From NCBI GenBank assembly GCA_963727625.1, contig CAVSHR010000003.1, forward strand, positions 96,001 to 160,000: a DNA stretch of 64,000 nt, read 5' to 3'. The DNA is from an uncultured delta proteobacterium (GTDB lineage Bacteria; Desulfobacterota; Binatia; UBA9968). A program made the translations under genes and the position numbers. Below are positions 21,795 through 30,900 of this stretch, piece after piece. The notes under the pieces are model-generated. The model saw nothing but the letters and a program-made list of their open reading frames with translations. It did no database searches and was not told the DNA's origin. The first letter of the stretch is position 1; every line of letters begins with the position of its first letter.

Positions 21795-22928
21795 ATGGCC
21801 GAGACATCAAAACAGGAACCCGTCATTACGATGTGGAGCAAGGAATTTACCTACGATCGGTGGATGAAGTCGAAAGGCATTCCGATCCACAAGGGCTACT
21901 TCATCCCCGATCTCCGGACCGTCGAGTTGGAGTGGTGGGAGGAGAGAGGCTGCAAGTCCGCCTTTATTCAGCTCTGGGGCCAGGAAGGCGTGAGCGCGTC
22001 GCGAGTGACTGAAGTTCCTCCGGGTAAATCGTTGCCGCCCGTGAAGTTCGCCTTGGATGAAATCGTCTATGTCCTGTCCGGTCGCGGTTTAACCACGGTT
22101 TGGGCCGGCGAAGGCAAGCCCAAGAAGAACTTCGAGTGGCAAGAGCACTCGATGTTTTTGGTGCCGCGCAATCACTGGCATGTCTTCAGCAACATGCAGG
22201 GCGACAAGCCGATCCGGCTGTTCCATTATAGTTATATGCCGATGGCGATGTCGGCGCTGCCTGAACCGGACATGTATTTCAACAATCCCTACGAGTCAAA
22301 AATTACCGTGGCTGACGGTGATTTCTATTCTGAAGCGAAGATGGTGCAAGCCAAGGACGCCGACGAAGGGCTTGGTATGCGGGCGTTCTGGTACGGCAAT
22401 TTTTTCCCCGACATGCGGGCGTGGAACAAACTCGACGCCAACGAGCGGCGCGGCGCCGGCGGCAAGAGTGTGTTCATGCAGTTTCCCAATTCCGAGCTTA
22501 CCGCGCATATGTCGGTGTTTGCGCCGAAGACTTACAAAAAAGCGCACCGCCACGGCCCCGGCCGCGCGATTATTATTCCCGCCGGCGAAGGCTATTCGAT
22601 CATGTGGGAAGAGGGCAAAGAAAAGATCGTCTGTCCGTGGCATGAGTGCAGCATGATCACGCCGCCCGACAAGTGGTTTCACCAGCATTTTAACGCCGGC
22701 GGCGACATGGCGCGCTATCTCGCGCTCCATCCGCCGATGCAGTTCCACGGTCACGCCGAGAAGGTCGAGGACCGCGCCAAGGATCAGATCGAGTACCCCA
22801 GAGAAGATCCTTTTATCCGGCAGAAATTCCAGGAGGAATTGGCCAAGCGCGGCATCAAGAGCGAAATGCCTGCCGAGTGCTATAGCAACCCGGACTATGA
22901 ATGGTCCAAGGCGATGGGGAAACAATAG
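21795..22928 (+). CDS. Bicupin protein (gentisate-dioxygenase-like fold), paralog 1
   Basis: Two cupin barrels; C-terminal KKAHRHGPG...WFHQHFN metal-type motif. Confidence 0.8.
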   Translation: MAETSKQEPVITMWSKEFTYDRWMKSKGIPIHKGYFIPDLRTVELEWWEERGCKSAFIQLWGQEGVSASRVTEVPPGKSLPPVKFALDEIVYVLSGRGLTTVWAGEGKPKKNFEWQEHSMFLVPRNHWHVFSNMQGDKPIRLFHYSYMPMAMSALPEPDMYFNNPYESKITVADGDFYSEAKMVQAKDADEGLGMRAFWYGNFFPDMRAWNKLDANERRGAGGKSVFMQFPNSELTAHMSVFAPKTYKKAHRHGPGRAIIIPAGEGYSIMWEEGKEKIVCPWHECSMITPPDKWFHQHFNAGGDMARYLALHPPMQFHGHAEKVEDRAKDQIEYPREDPFIRQKFQEELAKRGIKSEMPAECYSNPDYEWSKAMGKQ

Positions 22929-22963
22929 ATTTAGCGGCAAGAATTTCCAAAACGGACGTTTAT

Positions 22964-22993
22964 GGAATCCCCGCTCCAGCGAGCGGGGATTCC
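22964..22993 (+). terminator. Perfect 13-bp hairpin between bicupin and eutA-like gene
   Basis: GGAATCCCCGCTC-CAGC-GAGCGGGGATTCC followed by TGTTT. Confidence 0.65.
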
Positions 22994-23014
22994 TGTTTAT
23001 GAAGGACACAAAAA

Positions 23015-24553
23015 ATGGCGGACAGAGGCAAATTCATGCATGATGATATTTACGATCATGACCATCCCGATAATTTTATTATCAAGGAAGACGAGATTGT
23101 TACCGATATCGAGGGGCTGGAGATGTTCTCGCTCAAGAGCGTGGGCATCGACATCGGCTCGTCGACCTCGCACTTGATCTTCTCGCATATTACGTTACGG
23201 CGCGAAGGCGCGTCGCTCTCGGGCAAGTTCAGAGTCACCAACCGCGAGGTGCTGTTCCGGTCGCCGATCATGCTGACGCCTTATATTTCCGCGACCAAGA
23301 TCGATACCGATCAGGTCAACGAGTTTATTCAAAGCGCGTATAAAGAAGCGGGCTTGACGCCCGAAGACGTCGATACCGGAGCGGTGATCATCACCGGCGA
23401 GGCGCTCAAGAAAGAAAACGCCCAGCCGATCGTCGAGAACTTCGCCAAATATTCCGGCAAGTTTATTTGCGCCGCGGCGGGCCATAATCATGAGGCGCTA
23501 TTGGCGGCGTACGGCTGCGGCGCAGTGGATCTATCCAAGAGCGAGCACAAGACGGTGCTCAACGTCGACATGGGCGGCGGCACGACGAAATTTTCCCTGG
23601 TGGAAGACGGTGTGGTGGCCCAGACGGCTTCGATCAACATCGGCGCGCGGCTGATCGCCTTCGATGACAGCGACACGATGACTCGCATCGAAGACGCCGG
23701 CCGCCTGATGATGAAAGAGCTGGGCTACAGCGTCGAGATCGGCCAGAAGATTACCGACAAGATGAAAGAAGACTTCGGCGCCTACATGGCGCAGATTCTG
23801 TTCGAGACCATCGAAGAGGGTCCGAATTCGCCGATGGCGCGTCACCTCATGGTGACACCGCCGTTCGCCAATTATAAAGGTTTCAAGCAGGTGCAGCATA
23901 TTGTTTTCTCCGGCGGGGTTTCCGAGCATGTCTACGATCGCGATCCAACGTCGTACGGCGACATCGGCCCGGTGCTCGGCAGGAACATGCGCGAGTATTT
24001 AAAAAAATTGCCGACGGACGTGCTGCGCGAGCCCGTTGAGGGCATCCGTGCCACGGTGATCGGCGCCGGGGAGTACACCATCCAAGCGAGCGGCAACACC
24101 AGCTACGTTTCCAACGAAAAAGCGCTGCCGGTCCATGGCCTTAAAGTCATTCAAGCGCCGATTCGAGAGGGCGAGTCGGTGAGCGAGGCGCTAAAGCAAT
24201 CCTTGCGCAAGTTCGACTTGGCCCGCTTTACCTCCGGCCTGGCGTTGTCTTTGACCGTCAGCGGCGTGCCGGATTACCAATCGGTGCGGCGCATCGCGGC
24301 GGGTGTTGCGGAGATCCTCAAGGAAGCCGATGATATGAAATGTCCGCTCTATCTGACCCTTGACCTCGACATCGCCAAGTCCCTCGGTGCCATGCTCAAA
24401 GACGAGTTCAAAGTCGCCCGTGATATCATCGCCGTCGACGGCATCGAAGTGGGCGACTTGGACTACATCGATATCGGCGAATGTCTGGGTATCACGGAAG
24501 TCATTCCGGTGACCGTCAAGTCGCTGATGTTTCCGACTGCGAGCAACGACTAA
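23015..24553 (+). CDS. EutA-like ASKHA ATPase (ethanolamine ammonia-lyase reactivase homolog)
   Basis: SVGIDIGSST, TGAVIITGE, NVDMGGGT, FSGGV, IRATVIGAG, DYIDIG...PVTVKSL. Confidence 0.85.
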   Translation: MADRGKFMHDDIYDHDHPDNFIIKEDEIVTDIEGLEMFSLKSVGIDIGSSTSHLIFSHITLRREGASLSGKFRVTNREVLFRSPIMLTPYISATKIDTDQVNEFIQSAYKEAGLTPEDVDTGAVIITGEALKKENAQPIVENFAKYSGKFICAAAGHNHEALLAAYGCGAVDLSKSEHKTVLNVDMGGGTTKFSLVEDGVVAQTASINIGARLIAFDDSDTMTRIEDAGRLMMKELGYSVEIGQKITDKMKEDFGAYMAQILFETIEEGPNSPMARHLMVTPPFANYKGFKQVQHIVFSGGVSEHVYDRDPTSYGDIGPVLGRNMREYLKKLPTDVLREPVEGIRATVIGAGEYTIQASGNTSYVSNEKALPVHGLKVIQAPIREGESVSEALKQSLRKFDLARFTSGLALSLTVSGVPDYQSVRRIAAGVAEILKEADDMKCPLYLTLDLDIAKSLGAMLKDEFKVARDIIAVDGIEVGDLDYIDIGECLGITEVIPVTVKSLMFPTASND

Positions 24554-24805
24554 TCGTCGGGTGCGCGATCTACAGGATTGTTTTTACAGCCGCGTAACCC
24601 AGACTTCCGGCATTAGCAGTCCAAGGCAAAGCTCGCGGGCGATCTTCACTTTTGCCGGTGCGACGCTCTCCTCTCTACGTTTGGAGAGAACTGGATTGTT
24701 GCCGGGGCCGGGCGAGTGTCTCCGGCGGCGACGGCGCCCGGCTTAGATGCGCCGGAAATTCGCCGGACAAGGGCCGCAACGACGCGGCTGTTGTCAATGA
24801 CGCTC

Positions 24806-25666
24806 ATGGCTGAATATTTTTCCTTCCAAGCGGCGCTGTGTTTTTCCATCGCTCATACCCTGGTGCGGCGCGGCCTGGTGCATTCCACCGCCCTGACCGG
24901 TTCGATCATCTCGCTCGGCACCAGCGCGGTAATTTTCTGGTTCCTGGTCTTCCTTTTCGTTCCCCTTTCGGCGCTCCGGACGCCGGCCATCGGTTATTTC
25001 GTCGCCGCCGGGGTTTTTGCGCCGGCGATCGGACAATCCTTGGGCTATATCGGCATGGAACGCATCGGTGTGGCCCGTTCTTCGCCGATCGTCAATACCT
25101 CGCCGATTTTTTCGTCGATTTTCGCGGTACTCATTTTGGGTGAAGTTTGGCTGATGCAAAACATTGCGGGCACGGTATTAGTCATTGTCGGCGTGATCAT
25201 GCTCTCCCTCAGTCAGCCCGCCCAAAGCCCATGGCGTAAGAGCGATATCATCTATCCCGTCCTGGCGGCGCTGGCCTTCGGCGTTTCGACGACGCTCAGA
25301 AAATCCGGCTTGCTGACGGTGTCGATTCCCCTTTTGGCTGCCGCTGTGACGGTGGGTACGGCGTTTTTCGTCTTGCTGGGCGTCGTCAAGCTGCGTGGCC
25401 CAAGCCGGGTCCTAAAATTTAACCGTCAGAGCGGCGGTTGGCTGTTCGGCGCAGCGCTTTTCAATACCGGCGCGATCCTGTCGTTTTTTTCCGCGCTCAA
25501 CGTCGGCAAAATCGTCCGCGTCGAACCGCTGGTCGCGTGTAATCCGCTGCTGACGATTCTTTGGACCGGGATCTTTCTGCGCCAGATCGAGCAATTGTCC
25601 GGACGGGTGATTTTCGGCGCGTTGGTTACGGTGGCGGGCACGGTGCTGGTGGTAACCGCTAGATAA
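24806..25666 (+). CDS. EamA/DMT family transporter 1
   Basis: About 10 TM segments in two repeats; start set at ATG 24806 by alignment to the next paralog. Confidence 0.85.
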   Translation: MAEYFSFQAALCFSIAHTLVRRGLVHSTALTGSIISLGTSAVIFWFLVFLFVPLSALRTPAIGYFVAAGVFAPAIGQSLGYIGMERIGVARSSPIVNTSPIFSSIFAVLILGEVWLMQNIAGTVLVIVGVIMLSLSQPAQSPWRKSDIIYPVLAALAFGVSTTLRKSGLLTVSIPLLAAAVTVGTAFFVLLGVVKLRGPSRVLKFNRQSGGWLFGAALFNTGAILSFFSALNVGKIVRVEPLVACNPLLTILWTGIFLRQIEQLSGRVIFGALVTVAGTVLVVTAR

Positions 25667-25671
25667 ATTCC

Positions 25672-26535
25672 ATGGAGATTTACTTCTCGTTTCAGGCGGC
25701 GCTCTGCTTTTCCATCGCCCATATCCTCATCCGGCGCGGTCTGGTCGAGTCCAACGCGATGACCGGCGCGTTTATTTCCCTGTCCATGAGCGCCGGCGTG
25801 TTGTGGTGTCTGGTGCCCTTTTTCGTGCCGCTGTCGGCGCTCTGGACGCCGTGGATCGCCATTTTCATAATCGCCGGGATCCTCGCGCCCGGCATCGGCC
25901 GGACCTTGAGTTATGTCGGCATTGAAAGAATCGGCGTGGCCCGTTCGGTGCCGATCGTAAACTCCTCGCCGATTTTCGCCTCGGTGTTCGCCGTGATCTT
26001 TCTCGGCGAGACTTGGGTTTTGCAGAATATCCTCGGCACGTTGCTGGTGATTTCCGGCGTGGTAACGCTTTCGCTGGTAAAATCACCGGCCAAGGGCGAT
26101 TGGCGCAAGCGCGACGTGATCTTTCCGATCATCGGAGCGGTCGTCTTCGGCGCCTCGGCAAACTTGCGGAAGGCGGGATTGGGTTTCGTCCATTTTCCGA
26201 TTTTGGCCGCGGCGATGACCGCCGGCGCAGCGGCTGTGTTTTCATTTGTCTTGCTCCGAGTCAGAGGCGGCGTGGCGAGCATTAGGCTTACCCGCAAGAG
26301 CGCGCGCTGGCTATTCACCGCTGGAGTTGTCAACACCGCGGCGATGTTGTCGGTTTTCTACGCGCTCAGCCTCGGCAAAGTGGTTATTGTCGAGCCGCTG
26401 GTGAGTTTCAATCCGGTGATCACACTGACGCTGACGGCGATTTTTCTCAGAGACTTGGAAGCGGTGAATTGGCGCGTGTTCGCCGGCGCCCTTTTGACCG
26501 TGACCGGAACGATCTTGGTGGTGACCGCTAAATAG
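25672..26535 (+). CDS. EamA/DMT family transporter 2
   Basis: Paralog of previous gene (YFSFQAALCFSIAH, ERIGVARS.PIVN). Confidence 0.87.
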   Translation: MEIYFSFQAALCFSIAHILIRRGLVESNAMTGAFISLSMSAGVLWCLVPFFVPLSALWTPWIAIFIIAGILAPGIGRTLSYVGIERIGVARSVPIVNSSPIFASVFAVIFLGETWVLQNILGTLLVISGVVTLSLVKSPAKGDWRKRDVIFPIIGAVVFGASANLRKAGLGFVHFPILAAAMTAGAAAVFSFVLLRVRGGVASIRLTRKSARWLFTAGVVNTAAMLSVFYALSLGKVVIVEPLVSFNPVITLTLTAIFLRDLEAVNWRVFAGALLTVTGTILVVTAK

Positions 26536-26608
26536 CCGTTTGCGTGGAGGTTGTTTCGGTATTCGGGGATGATATGAATCTAGCAAGTAACCTATCGGAG
26601 GAAGCGTA

Positions 26609-27745
26609 ATGTCCAAGGCGATGCAAGCGGAACGGAAAATGTGGAGCAAATATTACAGCTACGACGAGTGGATGGAAACCCAAAAGATTCCCATTTACCG
26701 GGGTTACTATATCGAGGACTTGCGCACCTTGGAGCTGGGCTGGTGGGACGCGCGCGAGTGCAACTCGGCGTTCATCCAGCTGGTCGGCCAGGAGGGCGTG
26801 ACTTCGGCTCGGGTGACGGAGGTTCCCCCGGGCAAGAGCTTGCCGCCGATCAAATTCGCCCTCGACGAGATCGTCTACGTCGTCGAGGGGCGTGGCTTGA
26901 CGACGATCTGGGCAGGCGAAAAGCGCCCCAAGAAGACCTTCGAGTGGCAAAAACACAGCATGTTTTTGCTGCCGCACAATTACACGCACCAGTTCAGCAA
27001 CATGCAAGGCGACCGGCCGGCGCGGTTGCTGCACTACAATTACATGCCGCTGACGCTCTCCGGCGTGCGCGATCCGAAGTTTATCTTCGGCAATCCCTAC
27101 GAGGGCGAGGATATCCAGAACGAGATGGATTTCTACTCCGAAGCCAAGATGGTTTCGCAACAGAATCTCGACGAGTCCTGGGGCCGGCGGGCCTACTGGT
27201 ACGGCAATTTTTTCCCCGACATGCGCGCCTGGGATAAGCTCGACAGCAACGCCCGGCGCGGCGCCGGCGGTCGCAGTGTCTACATTCAATTCCCCGATTC
27301 TGAAATGTCTTGCCACATGTCAGTCTTCGACGCGCGCTTATACAAGAAGGCGCACAGACATGGTCCAGGTCGCGTCATCGTCATTCCGGTCGGCGAAGGC
27401 TACTCGATCATGTGGGAAGAAGGCAAAGACAAGGTCGTTGTCCCGTGGCATGAGGCGAGCTGCTTCGTGCCGCCGAACAAATGGTTTCACCAGCACTTCA
27501 ACGCCGGCGGCGACCCGGCGCGCTATCTCGCGCTCCACCCGCCGATGCAGTTTCACGGCCACGCCGAAAAGGTCGAAGACCGCGCCAAGGACCAGATTGA
27601 GTACGTCAACGAGGACAAGTGGGTACGCGAGAAGTTCGAAGGCGAGCTGGCAAAGAAAGGTCTGACCTCGCTGATGCCCGCGGAGGCGTACAACGACCCG
27701 AGCTTCGAGTGGAACTGGTCACCGTTTATTAAGAGCGCGAAGTAA
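26609..27745 (+). CDS. Bicupin protein, paralog 2
   Basis: Colinear with 21795..22928, sharing e.g. ARYLALHPPMQFHGHAEKVEDRAKDQIEY. Confidence 0.82.
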   Translation: MSKAMQAERKMWSKYYSYDEWMETQKIPIYRGYYIEDLRTLELGWWDARECNSAFIQLVGQEGVTSARVTEVPPGKSLPPIKFALDEIVYVVEGRGLTTIWAGEKRPKKTFEWQKHSMFLLPHNYTHQFSNMQGDRPARLLHYNYMPLTLSGVRDPKFIFGNPYEGEDIQNEMDFYSEAKMVSQQNLDESWGRRAYWYGNFFPDMRAWDKLDSNARRGAGGRSVYIQFPDSEMSCHMSVFDARLYKKAHRHGPGRVIVIPVGEGYSIMWEEGKDKVVVPWHEASCFVPPNKWFHQHFNAGGDPARYLALHPPMQFHGHAEKVEDRAKDQIEYVNEDKWVREKFEGELAKKGLTSLMPAEAYNDPSFEWNWSPFIKSAK

Positions 27746-28473
27746 TTCGATCCTTTGCTTCCACCGTTCAATTTCTCCACGAGAATACCTCTGGCATCGC
27801 AACGGTTGCTTTATTTCCCTTGCGCCTGCTTTAACCCGACTCTCAACATTTCTTCGCTCATGGGAGTCTTTAGCCCCACTTGCGCGAGGGCCTTCCCGCA
27901 GGAATTTGAAAAAATGAGAGGTATAGGGAGGTCTTTTAGAATTTATCGCTGGTTTTTCCGGTTGCTCCAATTAGATTCCTTTTGCTCAGCGTTCCCATTC
28001 CTCGTACCAGGGCGGTCACTTAGCAACGATACTCCAAATGATCATGATAATTTGAAGTGTATGTTCACGCGATCACTGCGACTCCCGAAAACCGGTGCGG
28101 AAACGATTTTCCTTCAAGGGTGAAACAGCGGATCATTGTTTGCCTGGTACCGAAGACTCGGCACACCGATGATGGTTTTCTGGTCCTTCCCGCTGGGGAT
28201 TTTTGCCAGCGATTGCCGCCGGGCGATCTGTTCTGAGTGATCGGTCCAGGGGAGGGAATCGTCTCCATGCCGGTGATTGCAATAGAGACTTCCCGGCCTA
28301 TTTCGAGTCGCCTCTCTCAAGGAAGTTCGGGCCTGTGCGACGCATTATGATGCAGCCTCAGGGCTAAAGTGAATTTCAAAGCTCCGAGGATGTCGCAGCG
28401 AACACAAAGGCATTATTGACGGTGCTAATAGGGGTGTCTACAGGGGGTTTGTTTGGCGAAAAATATTAGCAAA

Positions 28474-29651
28474 CGGCGATCGCGCCGTATCAATTATCAA
28501 AATAGCAAGGCCAGGCCCCATCGCCGGTCCCTTCAAGGGTTAGGTGTTCTCAAGTCAACAGTTAAACGGAATCACCCCAACACCGATGGATTTTCTGAAT
28601 GTGATCGGATTCCTGCGAATCTCCTTGCCGTTGATAAATATATTGGGCAAATGAACGATAAGCGATTCGAGCGGCTTCTCACTTATAACGATATCAGCGA
28701 CTGCCGTTGTCTTCACGACGGATCCGTTGCCAAGGACTGGCGCCGTAAAACTTGTCGTAAGGTGAAAGCTTGGAATAACACTCCGGAAGCTGACATAGCG
28801 TTCTTCGCCCGTATCGAGATCGACAATTCGTATTGTATTAGACCCAAAGCGCCATTTCACGGAAGGCGGGAAAGACACCATGAGGTTGCCTCCAAACTCA
28901 TCTTTTAGATATCCGCTTGTCACACCGCCCCCGATAATAAAACCATCGACGTTGACCCATGAACCGTCTTTCCTTTCCTGCGTTCTATAGGGCCACCACC
29001 ACAATCTTTGTTTGCCTTTAGCTTCAATACGATTCTTTTCCTTTACTTCCTCATCTTCCACGAGTTCAATGGCGGGGATCCGGTATTCCTTATCATGGGC
29101 AATAATCGGAGGTAAATGAACCATTACGGCGCGGGGATGGTAATTGCGTATCGAAAAGGGAACCCAAACCTGGAAATCCTTCCACGAGATATCCGTTGGC
29201 ACATGGGGGGACGTTGTTGTTCCGATCTCGTCAAAGTTTATGCTGGCGCTGGCAGGAATTGTAATTGACGGGCCCTGCTGCAAACTTATTGTCCGAGCTT
29301 TTATTGTCCATTCCTTGCCTGAGGTCCTGTCAGTTAACCGAATGTCGTTGGCTGCAAATTGCGCTGAGGACCCGCGAGGCACGTCAATGACAATCCCAAG
29401 TCGCATCTTTCCATCCTTTTCAGAATCCAATCTCACTTTGACAATGACCCCACCCGCTGCAGCAAATTTGATGACCGACGGTGGACCTGCTGTTCCATAA
29501 CACCATCCGCCTTCGAACGTAGCGGAGTCATCCGAGTACGATGGCCGATAGTAAGTCCCTTGGGGGCCAACTACGCAAGAAGCAGCTGAGATCAGAAGAG
29601 ACAAGAACAAGATACTCTTTATCGATGGCAGATTCATTTTGGAAACCTAAC
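28474..29651 (-). mobile_element. Solitary integron-type gene cassette with truncated attC
   Basis: Minus strand: GTTAGGT core (29651-29645) 7 nt before ATG; complementary ACCTAAC inverse core (28545-28539) 9 nt after stop, followed by a CGGCGAT/ATCGCCG stem; lower GC. Confidence 0.6.
28555..29637 (-). CDS. Hypothetical lipoprotein with internal duplication
   Basis: Signal peptide ending AASC; two related halves; AT-richer codon usage. Confidence 0.75.
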   Translation of the reverse strand: MNLPSIKSILFLSLLISAASCVVGPQGTYYRPSYSDDSATFEGGWCYGTAGPPSVIKFAAAGGVIVKVRLDSEKDGKMRLGIVIDVPRGSSAQFAANDIRLTDRTSGKEWTIKARTISLQQGPSITIPASASINFDEIGTTTSPHVPTDISWKDFQVWVPFSIRNYHPRAVMVHLPPIIAHDKEYRIPAIELVEDEEVKEKNRIEAKGKQRLWWWPYRTQERKDGSWVNVDGFIIGGGVTSGYLKDEFGGNLMVSFPPSVKWRFGSNTIRIVDLDTGEERYVSFRSVIPSFHLTTSFTAPVLGNGSVVKTTAVADIVISEKPLESLIVHLPNIFINGKEIRRNPITFRKSIGVGVIPFNC

Positions 29652-29755
29652 GCTGGATTGAATGTTGACGCTTTAGTTTACTCATGAGAAGGAGCACGCT
29701 TGATCGACGATCAGGCGGTCTGTTTTTTGCGCGTACGCGGTTTAGTATTTCAGGC

Positions 29756-29815
29756 TTCGTCTCAGTACGCCGGGATTTTCACAACGACTCAATTACGGTT
29801 TAAACCGAGGAGTAC
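29756..29815. repeat. Degenerate direct repeat, copy A
   Basis: Aligns by eye to 30841..30900 at about 46/61 columns, including ATTACGGTTTAA. Confidence 0.75.
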
Positions 29816-30833
29816 TTACGGCGCCTGCGAGCCGGTAGAGTAACGCCTCCGTTTCCTTGAACCCAAGACAGGCATCGGTGATGCTCTGACCGTACGTTAC
29901 GGGTGCATCCTGACGCCCGGCGACGAGGTGGCTCTCGATCATTAGCGCGCGAACGGGCGAATCTTTAACGTTCGCCATGATCGCTTCGGCTACCTCGATC
30001 TGCCGGGCCTCATCCTTCTCGCTATTGCCATGGCTGCAGTCCACCATGAGAACCTCGGGAAGCCCGGCCGCGCGAAGCAGCCGGATCGCGCTTTGGATAG
30101 AGGCAGCATCGAAGTTGGGCCCGGTCTCACTGCCGCCGCGAAGCACCAAATGAGCGTAGGGATTGCCAGTGGTTTCCAGGATGGCCGGTGCGCCTTCCTT
30201 GGTGAGGGATGGGAACAGGTGTCGACTGCGCGCCGCCAGTATTCCATCCACGGCTACCTGGACGTTTCCGTCCGTGCGGTTCTTGATGCCGACCGGCATG
30301 GATAAACCCGACGCCAGCTCTCGGTGTATTTGGCTCTCCGCGGTGCGGGCTCCGATCGCGCCCCAGCTGATCAGGTCGGCATAGAACTGGCCAAAGGTCG
30401 TGTCGAGAAACTCGGTTCCGGCGGGGACCCCGAGCTCGAGAAGATCGGCGAGCAATTGCCGAGCCAAGCGCAGGCCTTTGTTGATTTGGTAGGACTCATT
30501 TAGGTCCGGATCGTTGATGAGTCCCTTCCAGCCCACCACCGTGCGCGGCTTTTCGAAGTAGACGCGCATGACCACGAGCAGCGCATCGGATAGGGTGTCT
30601 GCGGCGGCCTTGAGTTTGGTTGCGTACTCGAGCGCGGCCTTGGTGTCGTGTACGGAGCAAGGCCCGACGACTACCAGGAGCCGCGCATCCTTGCCGTCGA
30701 GAATCGCTTCGATCGCTCGGCGGGTTTCGTATACTGTTGTTGACGCGCTGTCGGTGAGGGGGATCTCCTCGGCAAGGATGGCCGGCGCAAGCAGTGGCCG
30801 GGTTTTGACGATACGTAGATCGTCAGTCTTCAT
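29793..30833 (-). CDS. aroG: DAHP synthase, class I-alpha (AroF/G/H type)
   Basis: GPCSVHD, RVYFEKPRT..GWKGL, AIGART.ESQ.HR, DCSHGNS, YGQSITDAC; start MKTDDLRI. Confidence 0.93.
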   Translation of the reverse strand: MKTDDLRIVKTRPLLAPAILAEEIPLTDSASTTVYETRRAIEAILDGKDARLLVVVGPCSVHDTKAALEYATKLKAAADTLSDALLVVMRVYFEKPRTVVGWKGLINDPDLNESYQINKGLRLARQLLADLLELGVPAGTEFLDTTFGQFYADLISWGAIGARTAESQIHRELASGLSMPVGIKNRTDGNVQVAVDGILAARSRHLFPSLTKEGAPAILETTGNPYAHLVLRGGSETGPNFDAASIQSAIRLLRAAGLPEVLMVDCSHGNSEKDEARQIEVAEAIMANVKDSPVRALMIESHLVAGRQDAPVTYGQSITDACLGFKETEALLYRLAGAVSTPRFKP

Positions 30834-30840
30834 AAAATCT

Positions 30841-30900
30841 CTCGCCTCAGCGGGCCGGGACTTCCACAACAACTGATTACGGTTTAAGTCGCGGTAGCAC
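30841..30900. repeat. Degenerate direct repeat, copy B (LLM gene 3' end and trailer)
   Basis: See copy A. Confidence 0.75.

Noticed and set aside
27719-28320. Short ORFs in the low-GC gap
   Set aside because: No RBS, motifs or plausible composition; no further core/inverse-core pairs found
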